Shown one piece after another: positions 1 to 9,453 of a stretch of DNA of 32,000 nucleotides. Position 1 is the first letter of the stretch, and each line of letters starts with the position of its first letter. The notes below the pieces were generated by a model that saw only the letters and a program-made list of their open reading frames with translations, made no database searches and was not told the origin of the DNA. The DNA is from Crocosphaera watsonii WH 8501 (lineage in GTDB: Bacteria; Cyanobacteriota; Cyanobacteriia; Cyanobacteriales; Microcystaceae): positions 3,603,845 to 3,635,844 of the forward strand of contig NZ_CP191777.1 of assembly GCF_050563455.1 (NCBI RefSeq), read 5' to 3'. The translations under genes and the position numbers were made by a program.

Positions 1-863
1 CTAATGCTTGCCTTAGTTAAGCCACTGATATAATCCAATCCTTCTACTGGTTTCACCAACTCTTTAATATTTGAAGACGTTAAAATACCTCTATCTGTCA
101 CCCACACCACATTCTTAACCTCAAATCGTTTCCTAACTTTCTCTATTTGACTTTCTAATGTGCTAGTATCCGAGGTGTTTCCTTCAAAAACTTCTACAGC
201 GACAGGACAACCATTTTGGTCACAAAGTAGTCCAAAGACTATTTGGGTTTTTCCCTTCTTCTTATCTCGATTATATCCATATTTTCCTAATTCACATCCG
301 TTCCCTTCTAGGTAGGTTGAGGTGACATCATATAAAACTAATGAGCCATTATTGAGATGAAGACTAGCTAATTTATTTTCAATTTTCTCTTGTTTATTGA
401 CTAACCAATCCAAAGCATCATAGAGTTCGTCTTCATCAGCTTTTTCTAAGTTTAACACTTTTCCTAAACTATTACTAAAAGTTTTCTCATGAAATCCTCT
501 GGCTGTGGCTAATTTAGATTTAGGATTGATAATTCTCGCAATTATCATACCCAAAACTAAGTTTCTAGTTCGAGAAGAAGTTTTGGCAATTATCTTATCT
601 AACCCTAACTTTTTAATGGTTTCTAATATAACCATCACATGACCATGAGGACGACTTCTTATCACCTCAAAATTATCGGGTATCGTTTCAGTCATTGAAA
701 CTTTCGCCCCTTTTAATACCAGTTTCATATTATCAACAACTTCATCTGGCAATGTTGATAGATTTGCCAGGGTTCTTTTTTTGACTCTCTCTCCTTCTCT
801 GTAAGATTCACGAAGCAGAACAGCCGGGGGGGAATTTCTATTCGGAACTCGCTCCATATACAT
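1..863 (-). mobile_element. IS1634-like (IS4 superfamily) DDE transposase, runs off the left edge
   Basis: Reverse-strand translation is open from ATG at 863 (or 857) to position 1, with ...GSLVLYDVTSTYLEGNGCELGKYGYNRDKKKGKTQIVFGLLCDQNGCPVAVEVFEGNTSDTSTL...VVWVTDRGIL..., typical of IS1634-type transposases. Confidence 0.85.
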
Positions 864-1108
864 GACTACTATTTTAGCAAATAGAGAGAATCCCTGTCCA
901 TTAAGATATGTTATCATATACATGGGTACAGCACCGGAGTCTAATCGCTGTATCCCTTCATAGATAAGGGTTTCAAGGCTCTATAGTAGATATGTATGGG
1001 GGAAGTTCAGATATAGAATAATCATTCAATGGTCAGATGAAGATGACTGTTTTTTAGTCGCATTACCCGATTTTCCAGGTCAATATTGGCGAACTCATGG
1101 AGATACTT

Positions 1109-2801
1109 AGGGTTTGCTGAATAAAAGCAAAACCCTATTCTTTAAAAGGTTACACCCATATTCGCGATCGCAAAAAAGATCAGCTTTGTCGGCTACAAAC
1201 CGCTATAATTGGTAGAAACACCTCCCAGTTGTTGGTCAAGAACAAATGTATCGAAAAGAGGAGCAACCTTTACCGCCCCCAGAAAAATTTGAATTACCTT
1301 TCGAGGGCAAATTGTCCCCCAATAATCGTTGGGTAATCATGGCAGAGTTGATACCTTGGGATGATTTTGAGGAAGAATGTGCTAAACTTTTTTCAGCAGA
1401 AAAAGGTGCGCCAGCCAAACTATTTAGAATGGCATTAGGGACATTAATTATTAAGGAAAAATTAGGAACAAGTGATAGAGAAACTATAGAACAGATTAGA
1501 GAAAATCCCTATCTACAATACTTTATAGGTTTAAATTGTTATCAACAAGAGCCACCACTGGAATCTTCAATGCTAGTTCATTTTAGGAAAAGAATTGATG
1601 GAGAATTGATAAACAAAATCAATAAAAAAATAGTAAAAAGAGAAATAGACAAGAGTGATAAAGAAGTAAAAAAAAAGGATTGTCTCCAAGAAAAAGGAGA
1701 AAAAATAAAAAATAAAGGTAAACTAGTTTTAGATGCGACTTGTGCGCCAGCAGACATCAAATACCCAACGGATTTAGGCATATTAAATCAAGCCAGAATT
1801 GAGACAGAAAGAATAATAGATAATCTTTATAAACCATTAAGAGTAAAATTGAGAAAAAAGCCGAGAACTTCTAGAAAAATTGCTAGAAAGGAATACTTAA
1901 AAGTAGCTAAAAAACGAAAAGTATCTTATCAAGAAAGAAGAAAAGCTATCGGGAAACAGTTAAAATACCTTAAGAAAAATTTAGGAAATATAGAAGACTT
2001 AATTCAAGCTGGGGCTTCCCAGGAAAATCTGAGTAAAAGACAGAAAAATTGTCTAGAGACTATCAAAAAAGTTTATGAACAACAACAGTCAATGTGGGAG
2101 AATAAGACCCAGAGTGTTCCTCAAAGAATTGTAAGTTTAACTCAACGGCATATTCGTCCAATAGTGAGGGGAAAAGCAGGAAAACCAATAGAGTTTGGAG
2201 CTAAACTCTCAGTAAGCTGTGTAGATAACTATGTGTTTCTAGACAAAATAAGTTGGGAAAACTTCAATGAATCTTGTCATTTAAAAGAACAAGTAGAAAA
2301 GTATAAAGAAACGTTTGGCTATTATCCCGAATCCGTCCATGTAGATAAAATTTATCGAACTAGGGAAAACAGAAATTGGTGTAAGGAAAGAGGGATAAGA
2401 ATCAGTGGTCCGAAGTTAGGAAGACCTCCGAAAAATGTCAGTGAAGAAGAAAAGAAACAAGCCCACTCCGATGAATGCTTCCGTAATGCTATTGAGGGAA
2501 AGTTTGGACAAGCTAAACGAAGATTTAGCCTAAATCTCGTGATGACAAAACTCCCTGAAACCTCCATTACATCTATTGCTATTACATTTTTAGTTGTCAA
2601 TCTTTCTAAACTTCTGAGGCAGTTTTTGTCGCTTTTTTTGTCCTTATTTACTAATAATAGAACAGGGGAACTCATCAAACCGCCTTTCATTAATTTTGAT
2701 TATACTTTAAACAATTTTTATGTACTAAAACTTATTGATTTGTCAGAAAATTCTTGGTCAAAAGTGGCATAAATTTTGGAGAAACTTTTTCAGCAAACCC
2801 T
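1109..2801 (+). mobile_element. IS element copy 1 (1693 bp) with 4-bp direct repeat ACTT
   Basis: Terminal inverted repeats AGGGTTTGCTGAAT.../...TTCAGCAAACCCT. ACTT at 1105-1108 and 2802-2805. Near-identical to 7630-9322 and 22854-24546. Confidence 0.93.
1246..2772 (+). CDS. 508-aa transposase of the 1693-bp IS (IS5/IS1182-like, DUF772-type N-terminus with C-terminal DDE region)
   Basis: ORF track; NPYLQYFIGLNCYQQEPPLESSMLVHFRKR and FGQAKRRFSLNLV motifs; three copies in the window. Confidence 0.85.
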   Translation: MYRKEEQPLPPPEKFELPFEGKLSPNNRWVIMAELIPWDDFEEECAKLFSAEKGAPAKLFRMALGTLIIKEKLGTSDRETIEQIRENPYLQYFIGLNCYQQEPPLESSMLVHFRKRIDGELINKINKKIVKREIDKSDKEVKKKDCLQEKGEKIKNKGKLVLDATCAPADIKYPTDLGILNQARIETERIIDNLYKPLRVKLRKKPRTSRKIARKEYLKVAKKRKVSYQERRKAIGKQLKYLKKNLGNIEDLIQAGASQENLSKRQKNCLETIKKVYEQQQSMWENKTQSVPQRIVSLTQRHIRPIVRGKAGKPIEFGAKLSVSCVDNYVFLDKISWENFNESCHLKEQVEKYKETFGYYPESVHVDKIYRTRENRNWCKERGIRISGPKLGRPPKNVSEEEKKQAHSDECFRNAIEGKFGQAKRRFSLNLVMTKLPETSITSIAITFLVVNLSKLLRQFLSLFLSLFTNNRTGELIKPPFINFDYTLNNFYVLKLIDLSENSWSKVA

Positions 2802-2989
2802 ACTTATGAAAAAGTAGTTGCTAACGCCAAAGAAGCAATAGAATCCCTAATTATTGCTTATGAAGCTGATAACGAACCCTTACCAAAACCCTTAATTGTT
2901 AATACTATTTTATGACTCTTAAAAAATATTCAAGAAGCAATTGCACTTTATCTAGAAGTTTTGCAAGAAAGAGGTTAATTAATTCCCGA

Positions 2990-3328
2990 TTACAAAAATT
3001 CAATATGATTAAACATTTCTTCTGGTTCAAGTATTTCCCAAATTAAAAGTAAACCTTTTATAATTGCACCAATAGACTTACTTTGTTGAGGACAATAAAC
3101 AATTCCTGCATGAGTTGTTTCTAATATATTTATTCTTAGAAAATCAGTATCTTGAGTAAAAATAACTCGTCTATGTAACAAAGAATATTGTAACTGAATT
3201 TCATCTGATACCCCTAATAATCCCTCTTCAGGAGTTGTAGTAACATCAACTTCCCTATATCTTAATCCAGAAGCGATCGCCTGACTAACGTTTTCATCTA
3301 AGTGAAATTTAATCTTTTCTTTCATCAA
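2990..3328 (-). CDS. DUF5615-type PIN-like protein, probable toxin partner
   Basis: KFHLDENVSQAIASGLRYREVDVTTTPEEGLLGVSDEIQL...RVIFTQDTDFLRI; overlaps the adjacent DUF433 gene. Confidence 0.75.
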   Translation of the reverse strand: MMKEKIKFHLDENVSQAIASGLRYREVDVTTTPEEGLLGVSDEIQLQYSLLHRRVIFTQDTDFLRINILETTHAGIVYCPQQSKSIGAIIKGLLLIWEILEPEEMFNHIEFL

Positions 3329-3629
3329 TATTTTTAATTTTTTCTCTGACTAAAGAAGGCGTTTTAGCTTGCATTTCCCTAGTAAAAATTTCATCATCTT
3401 CAATATCTTTTCTAATTTCTTCTAGATGATCATGATAATAAGATAAAGCAGCATAAACATCAGCTAAAGTGATGCTTGGATAGTGATAAACAATTTCATC
3501 AGGAGACATTCCCATCCTTTCATGCCAAATTACCACATCTTGTACTTTAATACGATGTCCAGCAATACGAGGTTTCCCCCCACATACCCCTGGTGTAATT
3601 TCAATATGATTGATTATTATTGGTGTCAT
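3309..3629 (-). CDS. DUF433 family protein, probable antitoxin
   Basis: ITPGVCGGKPRIAGHRIKVQDVVIWHERMGMSPDEIVYHYPSITLADVYAALSYYHDH is the typical DUF433 pattern; 20-bp overlap with the DUF5615 gene. Confidence 0.85.
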   Translation of the reverse strand: MTPIIINHIEITPGVCGGKPRIAGHRIKVQDVVIWHERMGMSPDEIVYHYPSITLADVYAALSYYHDHLEEIRKDIEDDEIFTREMQAKTPSLVREKIKNIDERKD

Positions 3630-3674
3630 AATTAATCTTTTTGGAACATTAATCCCCTTAACTTCTCACTTCGT

Positions 3675-4211
3675 TTAAGATAGCCAACGAGCTAATTTTT
3701 CCTGAGATTGAGTATCCAAACAATTAAATAATAAACGTCCTCGACTGCGTTTATTACTCTGTTGTTTCCGTTTAACTTGAGAACGAGAAGATTGAATATC
3801 TTTCGCTAAAACATCCACCGACATCCATTCTGCACCGTAACCCATAGCCGTCAAATATTGATCTCGATCTGATGTAGCGACTATAATGCGATCGTGGTCA
3901 GTCTCTTGGCGACTGAAAAAAGCAGCACAGACTTTTTCTATGTATGTGTCGGCAGTCTGTGTCCAAGCAGTAAAACAGATAGAAAGATGCTGGGAATGAT
4001 GTTCAATAGTAGAGGGAGTCTTTTGGTATTGAGAGTCAAAGACAACCCGAGTCTTATATCCTTTGTGGACAGTGTAGTTGATTAAAGTCTCCACCAATTC
4101 ATGCCTCGCTTGTTCTAAACCGTGGCGATCGCGGGTGGCTTTTAGGGAAGACCAGGAACCAATGATATTATAGCCGTCGACGAGTAATAAGGGTGTAATA
4201 GAAGAGTACAT
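3675..4211 (-). CDS. NYN-domain protein, YacP-like putative nuclease
   Basis: LLLVDGYNIIGSW...VVFDSQYQ...TADTYIEKV...IIVATSDRDQ. Confidence 0.8.
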   Translation of the reverse strand: MYSSITPLLLVDGYNIIGSWSSLKATRDRHGLEQARHELVETLINYTVHKGYKTRVVFDSQYQKTPSTIEHHSQHLSICFTAWTQTADTYIEKVCAAFFSRQETDHDRIIVATSDRDQYLTAMGYGAEWMSVDVLAKDIQSSRSQVKRKQQSNKRSRGRLLFNCLDTQSQEKLARWLS

Positions 4212-4394
4212 TTTTCTGAACAGTGATCATAGATTGTTAGCATTTTTGTGGCATACGTCCCCTAATCTTAACAAAGAATTTACCTTATGGCGAATCAAAA
4301 TATGATGATCTCCTGAAATTTCCGAGTTTGCTATTTCCCACAAAACCCTTACCATAGAAGCAGAAAGCTTGCATAGTCACCTATCATCGCCATT

Positions 4395-4652
4395 ATGGAT
4401 ACAATTATTAATGTCATTACTTCGTTACCTCTAGATACCCTGATCACTGCTGGGTTGTATCTAGGGCTAAGTGCGCTCTATCTGTTAATCATGCCAGGAT
4501 TTGTTTATTTTTACCTTAATACTCGTTGGTATGTAGCTAGTTCTTTTGAAAGAGCTTTCATGTACTTTTTGATGTTCTTTTTCTTCCCTGGAGTGCTTCT
4601 ACTAAGCCCTTTTTTAAACTTTCGCCCCAAACGCCGACAAGTTAACCCTTAA
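4395..4652 (+). CDS. ndhL: NAD(P)H-quinone oxidoreductase subunit L
   Basis: Small two-helix protein [58 protein letters not shown]. Confidence 0.85.
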   Translation: MDTIINVITSLPLDTLITAGLYLGLSALYLLIMPGFVYFYLNTRWYVASSFERAFMYFLMFFFFPGVLLLSPFLNFRPKRRQVNP

Positions 4653-4690
4653 TTTCCCTTAATATACAAAAAAACACCTGATAGGCCATC

Positions 4691-4990
4691 ATGAGAAGAA
4701 TCGATGTTATCACCGTTAGCTTAGCAATTTTTGTAGGAGGAGGTCTCCTCTACATCGTTTTTCAAGCCATCGGTTTAGATGGCCTATCCGCAGGGGTGTG
4801 GAGTCAAGCGTTGTTAGTGATCGTTGTCTTAGCTTGGACTTCAAGCTATCTGTTTCGAGTGGCCAACAAAGATATGACCTACAATCAACAACTGAAAGAC
4901 TACGAAGATGCTGTATTACAAAAACGCCTCGAAGAGATGACCCCGGAAGAATTAGAAAAATTGCAACAAGAAATTGAACAAGAAGAATAA
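4691..4990 (+). CDS. DUF3007-like conserved cyanobacterial membrane protein
   Basis: MRRIDVITVSLAIFVGGGLLYIVFQAIGLDGLSAGVWSQALLV...; located between ndhL and trpA. Confidence 0.65.
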   Translation: MRRIDVITVSLAIFVGGGLLYIVFQAIGLDGLSAGVWSQALLVIVVLAWTSSYLFRVANKDMTYNQQLKDYEDAVLQKRLEEMTPEELEKLQQEIEQEE

Positions 4991-5100
4991 TTACCTGATA
5001 TTCAGGGATTTTACTACCTTAAGCGTTAGTTATAAATCTTAAAGATTCAGAAAATAAACCCCAATTCAGGGTAAATTGATGAATGGTAATCTAGCTTGAG

Positions 5101-5904
5101 TTGACCCCAATGACATCGGTTTCTGATTGTTTTCAATCCCTACGCGATCGCGGACAATGCGCCCTTATTCCCTTCATTACCGCAGGTGATCCGGATCTTG
5201 ACACCACAGCCAAAGCATTACGGGTTCTCGATGCTTCAGGTGCCGATATCATCGAGTTAGGGGTTCCCTATTCTGATCCTTTGGCCGATGGTCCGGTTAT
5301 CCAAGCCGCAGCCACTCGGGCTTTAGGTCGAGGGGTGAAGTTAGAAGATGTCCTCAAAATTGTTAAAGAGGTGCAACCAGAAATTAAAGCCCCGATCATC
5401 TTATTTACCTACTATAACCCGATTTTTTATCGAGGGGTTGAACCCTTTCTACAACAAATTAAAGCTGCTGGTGTACAAGGGTTAGTGGTTCCTGACTTAC
5501 CCCTAGAAGAAGCTGAAACTTTACTTAAACCTGCTGCTGCCATGGGGATCGAAGTTACATTATTGGTTGCCCCTACCAGTCCCATAGAACGTATTCAAGC
5601 GATCGCTACTCAGTCTCAAGGCTTTATCTATTTAGTCAGTGTCACCGGAGTAACTGGCATGAGAACCCAAGTAGGCAGCAGAGTGGAAGAATTACTGAAA
5701 AATCTTCGTAGCACCACAAATAAGCCCATTGGGGTCGGATTTGGAATTTCTGAACCTGAACACGCTTTACAGGTCAAAAATTGGGGGTCTGATGCAGTAA
5801 TTGTCGGTAGTGCTTGCGTTAAACGCCTAGCACAAGGAACCCCAGAAGAAGGCTTAAACTCACTGGCTACATTTTGCCAAAGTCTTAAACAAGCACTTCT
5901 ATGA
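5101..5904 (+). CDS. trpA: Tryptophan synthase alpha chain
   Basis: [16 protein letters not shown]...[27 protein letters not shown]...[11 protein letters not shown]. Confidence 0.95.
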   Translation: MTPMTSVSDCFQSLRDRGQCALIPFITAGDPDLDTTAKALRVLDASGADIIELGVPYSDPLADGPVIQAAATRALGRGVKLEDVLKIVKEVQPEIKAPIILFTYYNPIFYRGVEPFLQQIKAAGVQGLVVPDLPLEEAETLLKPAAAMGIEVTLLVAPTSPIERIQAIATQSQGFIYLVSVTGVTGMRTQVGSRVEELLKNLRSTTNKPIGVGFGISEPEHALQVKNWGSDAVIVGSACVKRLAQGTPEEGLNSLATFCQSLKQALL

Positions 5905-6124
5905 TTAATATAGCGAAGTTGAAATATTTAAGAAAGTTGTTATCATATTAAGGAATGTTAATGTTATACTCATGGGTATAATTAGGGTCATTGTAGCTCT
6001 AACTGCCTGTATGTAAGCACTTGAGGCATAAGGGCAACGCTGCCTCAAAATATTTAGTAAACATTACTCCATAAAACTCAATCAAGTTTTGTAACTTCCT
6101 TAATTTTCTCATAGCTTCTTAATC

Positions 6125-6658
6125 ATGAATAAATCAATACTCAGTTTAGTTTTCAAACCCAACGTCACCCCTAACATCCCTTCCCAAACCGCTTGGGCTA
6201 TTTTTCGGATGGTTGTGGGTTTAATGATGATCCATAACGGACTAGATAAGCTCGGTAATATCGAAAGCTTTGCCGAAGCTTATGTATCTTATATTGGACT
6301 ACCTTTCCCTATTTTCTTTAGTTATGTAGCTGCATTTACTGAATTAATCGGTGCGCCTTTAGTTGCCATTGGTTTATTCACTCGTCCTGCTGCATTAGGG
6401 TTATTTTCAACCATGCTCGTCGCTATGTACCATCACATCTTAGTAGCAGGGTTTAGTGTTGCTTATCTCGAACTTTCTGCTATCTATGCAGTTTGTTTCC
6501 TTTTCTTCTTGATTAATGGTGCTGGTTTATTCTCCACCGATGCTTTAATCTTAAACTTGTTAGATAATCAAGCTTTAACCCAAAAAGCAAAGCAAATCAT
6601 GTTATTAGAAAAGTCTTATCAAGCTTCTTCTGATAAAAAAGAAGCACAAGTAAGATAG
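6125..6658 (+). CDS. DoxX family membrane protein
   Basis: IFRMVVGLMMIHNGLDKLGNIESFAEAYVSYIGLPFPIFFSYVAAFTELIGAPLVAIGLFTRPAAL. Confidence 0.8.
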   Translation: MNKSILSLVFKPNVTPNIPSQTAWAIFRMVVGLMMIHNGLDKLGNIESFAEAYVSYIGLPFPIFFSYVAAFTELIGAPLVAIGLFTRPAALGLFSTMLVAMYHHILVAGFSVAYLELSAIYAVCFLFFLINGAGLFSTDALILNLLDNQALTQKAKQIMLLEKSYQASSDKKEAQVR

Positions 6659-6673
6659 ATTTTTACAGTTTTG

Positions 6674-6715
6674 TTTGCTCTAAAATTCTGCTTTGAAGCG
6701 GACTTTTAGAGCAAA
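6674..6715. terminator. Hairpin downstream of the doxX-like gene, possible terminator
   Basis: Perfect 12-bp arms TTTGCTCTAAAA (6674-6685) and TTTTAGAGCAAA (6704-6715), with weaker inner pairing. Confidence 0.45.
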
Positions 6716-6761
6716 AATTAATCTGATTACTATACTATAAAGTATAAGCAATCAATAACTA

Positions 6762-7146
6762 CTAACATTTTTCTAGTTCTTTAGTTTCATCTGTTAATCT
6801 AGAAAGAGCATAATTAAAAATAATGACAACCTAACTGACAATAAGCAGTGGGTTGAATAACTAAATAAAGATTCTCATCTTCTGCAATAGTTGATTGGTT
6901 CTGTTGAATAATTGTTTGTAACTCATTTCCCTCTTCAGGTACTAATAATTCAATATTAATTAATTCTGCTAACATCTCGGAGGGAATTTGTTGAAACTGT
7001 CCTTGTTCAATTAAACTCCAACTTTCTTCATCAATAACCCGAAACATTGCTGTTCTAGTTACATAAATTGCTCGTTTAGTTCGTTCTTCCACTTGATCAA
7101 ATAGAGGACGACTTACTCGATAGTAATGAGATAATTTGAGATTCAT
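6762..7146 (-). pseudogene. Remnant of a radical-SAM peptide maturase-like protein with a large internal deletion
   Basis: Reads ...LYLVIQPTAYCQLGCHY then F*, breaking inside CxxxCxxC. In another frame it continues as FNYALSRLTDETKELEKC*, possibly the original C-terminus. Confidence 0.6.
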
Positions 7147-7272
7147 TATTTTTCCTCAAAATTGAATGAATAAAATTGATAGTAAGTCAAATGTTTTGAT
7201 TAACTTACTATCCCGGAATTTGCACAATTCAAGTTTAGTTAATTAGAAGGTTGCTACAGTTTTAAAGAAAAT

Positions 7273-7306
7273 GAGTTTGATAAAATCTCTGACAATTATC
7301 AAACTC
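7273..7306. terminator. Hairpin, possible attenuator or terminator
   Basis: Perfect 11-bp arms GAGTTTGATAA (7273-7283) and TTATCAAACTC (7296-7306), 12-nt loop. Confidence 0.4.
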
Positions 7307-7629
7307 TCAAAAGACTTTTAGCGTCCAAGTTGACCAATAGAATGGTTAATATGATTAGCACGATTAGTTAAAGTTTGACTAGGCTTTGCGAGTGCCATTA
7401 TTAGACATTTTTGTTAACCTATAAGTAGTTTATTTTTGCAAGGGCTAATCCTTATGTTAAAGCAGTTGAAACTCCTAGTAAGTGTTGTGTTGTACTTAAG
7501 CTTTAAGGCATAAGCCCTTGTTTTGTTATTAAACATATTAACCAACTCTTTAAGGGGATGTCAGTCCCAAATTTGAAGAAATTTTTTTTATTTTTAATTC
7601 TATTTAAGTAGATAAAAGTAGAAATAAAT

Positions 7630-9322
7630 AGGGTTTGCTGAATAAAAGCAAAACCCTATTCTTTAAAAGGTTACACCCATATTCGCGATCGCAAAAAAGA
7701 TCAGCTTTGTCGGCTACAAACCGCTATAATTGGTAGAAACACCTCCCAGTTGTTGGTCAAGAACAAATGTATCGAAAAGAGGAGCAACCTTTACCGCCCC
7801 CAGAAAAATTTGAATTACCTTTCGAGGGCAAATTGTCCCCCAATAATCGTTGGGTAATCATGGCAGAGTTGATACCTTGGGATGATTTTGAGGAAGAATA
7901 TGCTAAACTTTTTTCAGCAGAAAAAGGTGCGCCAGCCAAACTATTTAGAATGGCATTAGGGACATTAATTATTAAGGAAAAATTAGGAACAAGTGATAGA
8001 GAAACTATAGAACAGATTAGAGAAAATCCCTATCTACAATACTTTATAGGTTTAAATTGTTATCAACAAGAGCCACCACTGGAATCTTCAATGCTAGTTC
8101 ATTTTAGGAAAAGAATTGATGGAGAATTGATAAACAAAATCAATAAAAAAATAGTAAAAAGGGAAATAGACAAGAGTGATAAAGAAGTAAAAAAAAAGGA
8201 TTGTCTCCAAGAAAAAGGAGAAAAAATAAAAAATAAAGGTAAACTAATTTTAGATGCGACTTGTGCGCCAGCAGACATCAAATACCCAACGGATTTAGGC
8301 ATATTAAATCAAGCCAGAATTGAGACAGAAAGAATAATAGATAATCTTTATAAACCATTAAGAGTAAAATTGAGAAAAAAGCCGAGAACTTCTAGAAAAA
8401 TTGCTAGAAAGGAATACTTAAAAGTAGCTAAAAAACGAAAAGTATCTTATCAAGAAAGAAGAAAAGCTATCGGGAAACAGTTAAAATACCTTAAGAAAAA
8501 TTTAGGAAATATAGAAGACTTAATTCAAGCTGGGGCTTCCCTGGAAAATCTGAGTAAAAGACAGAAAAATTGTCTAGAGACTATCAAAAAAGTTTATGAA
8601 CAACAACAGTCAATGTGGGAGAATAAGACCCAGAGTGTTCCTCAAAGAATTGTAAGTTTAACTCAACCGCATATTCGTCCAATAGTGAGGGGAAAAGCAG
8701 GAAAACCAATAGAGTTTGGAGCTAAACTCTCAGTAAGCTGTGTAGATAACTATGTGTTTCTAGACAAAATAAGTTTGGAAAACTTCAATGAATCTTGTCA
8801 TTTAAAAGAACAAGTAGAAAAGTATAAAGAAACGTTTGGCTATTATCCCGAATCCGTCCATGTAGATAAAATTTATCGAACTAGGGAAAACAGAAATTGG
8901 TGTAAGGAAAGAGGGATAAGAATCAGTGGTCCGAAGTTAGGAAGACCTCCGAAAAATGTCAGTGAAGAAGAAAAGAAACAAGCCCACTCCGATGAATGCT
9001 TCCGTAATGCTATTGAGGGAAAGTTTGGACAAGCTAAACGAAGATTTAGCCTAAATCTCGTGATGACAAAACTCCCTGAAACCTCCATTACATCTATTGC
9101 TATTACATTTTTAGTTGTCAATCTTTCTAAACTTCTGAGGCAGTTTTTGTCGCTTTTTTTGTCCTTATTTACTAATAATAGAACAGGGGAACTCATCAAA
9201 CCGCCTTTTATTAATTTTGATTATACTTTAAACAATTTTTGTGTACTGAAACTTATTGATTTGTCAGAAAATTCTTGGTCAAAAGTGGCATAAATTTTGG
9301 AGAAACTTTTTCAGCAAACCCT
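7630..9322 (+). mobile_element. IS element copy 2 (1693 bp) with 4-bp direct repeat AAAT
   Basis: AAAT at 7626-7629 and 9323-9326; same terminal inverted repeats as copy 1. Confidence 0.93.
7767..9293 (+). CDS. 508-aa transposase, IS copy 2
   Basis: Near-identical to 1246-2772. Confidence 0.85.
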   Translation: MYRKEEQPLPPPEKFELPFEGKLSPNNRWVIMAELIPWDDFEEEYAKLFSAEKGAPAKLFRMALGTLIIKEKLGTSDRETIEQIRENPYLQYFIGLNCYQQEPPLESSMLVHFRKRIDGELINKINKKIVKREIDKSDKEVKKKDCLQEKGEKIKNKGKLILDATCAPADIKYPTDLGILNQARIETERIIDNLYKPLRVKLRKKPRTSRKIARKEYLKVAKKRKVSYQERRKAIGKQLKYLKKNLGNIEDLIQAGASLENLSKRQKNCLETIKKVYEQQQSMWENKTQSVPQRIVSLTQPHIRPIVRGKAGKPIEFGAKLSVSCVDNYVFLDKISLENFNESCHLKEQVEKYKETFGYYPESVHVDKIYRTRENRNWCKERGIRISGPKLGRPPKNVSEEEKKQAHSDECFRNAIEGKFGQAKRRFSLNLVMTKLPETSITSIAITFLVVNLSKLLRQFLSLFLSLFTNNRTGELIKPPFINFDYTLNNFCVLKLIDLSENSWSKVA

Positions 9323-9453
9323 AAATAGATGAAAGTAGAACTGAAAATTATGGGTTAAAACAAAAATAAAACTGATTTGGACTACATAAGTCTATATTGT
9401 AGGGTTCAACGGCCGTTGAACCCTACGTGAATGTCTATATTTTTAGATTGAAC

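Larger units (their letters stand above)
1006..2915 (+). pseudogene. HicB-like antitoxin interrupted by the 1693-bp IS; N-terminal part 1006-1108, C-terminal part 2802-2915
   Basis: Joined across the IS (one ACTT target copy removed) the reading is FRYRIIIQWSDEDDCFLVALPDFPGQYWRTHGDTYEKVVANAKEAIESLIIAYEADNEPLPKPLIVNTIL*. No intact start codon was found. Confidence 0.75.

Noticed and set aside
1164-1175. GCGATCGC-type palindromes at many positions (e.g. around 1164, 3251, 9891, 31081)
   Set aside because: These are HIP1-like sites, abundant in cyanobacterial genomes, and not specific to any system here.
1236-2690. Antisense ORFs inside IS copy 1 (1236-1418, 1578-1781, 2352-2690) and equivalents in copies 2 and 3
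   Set aside because: They lie fully antisense to or overlap the strong 508-aa transposase ORF, occur only because the IS is repeated, and have no recognisable motifs.
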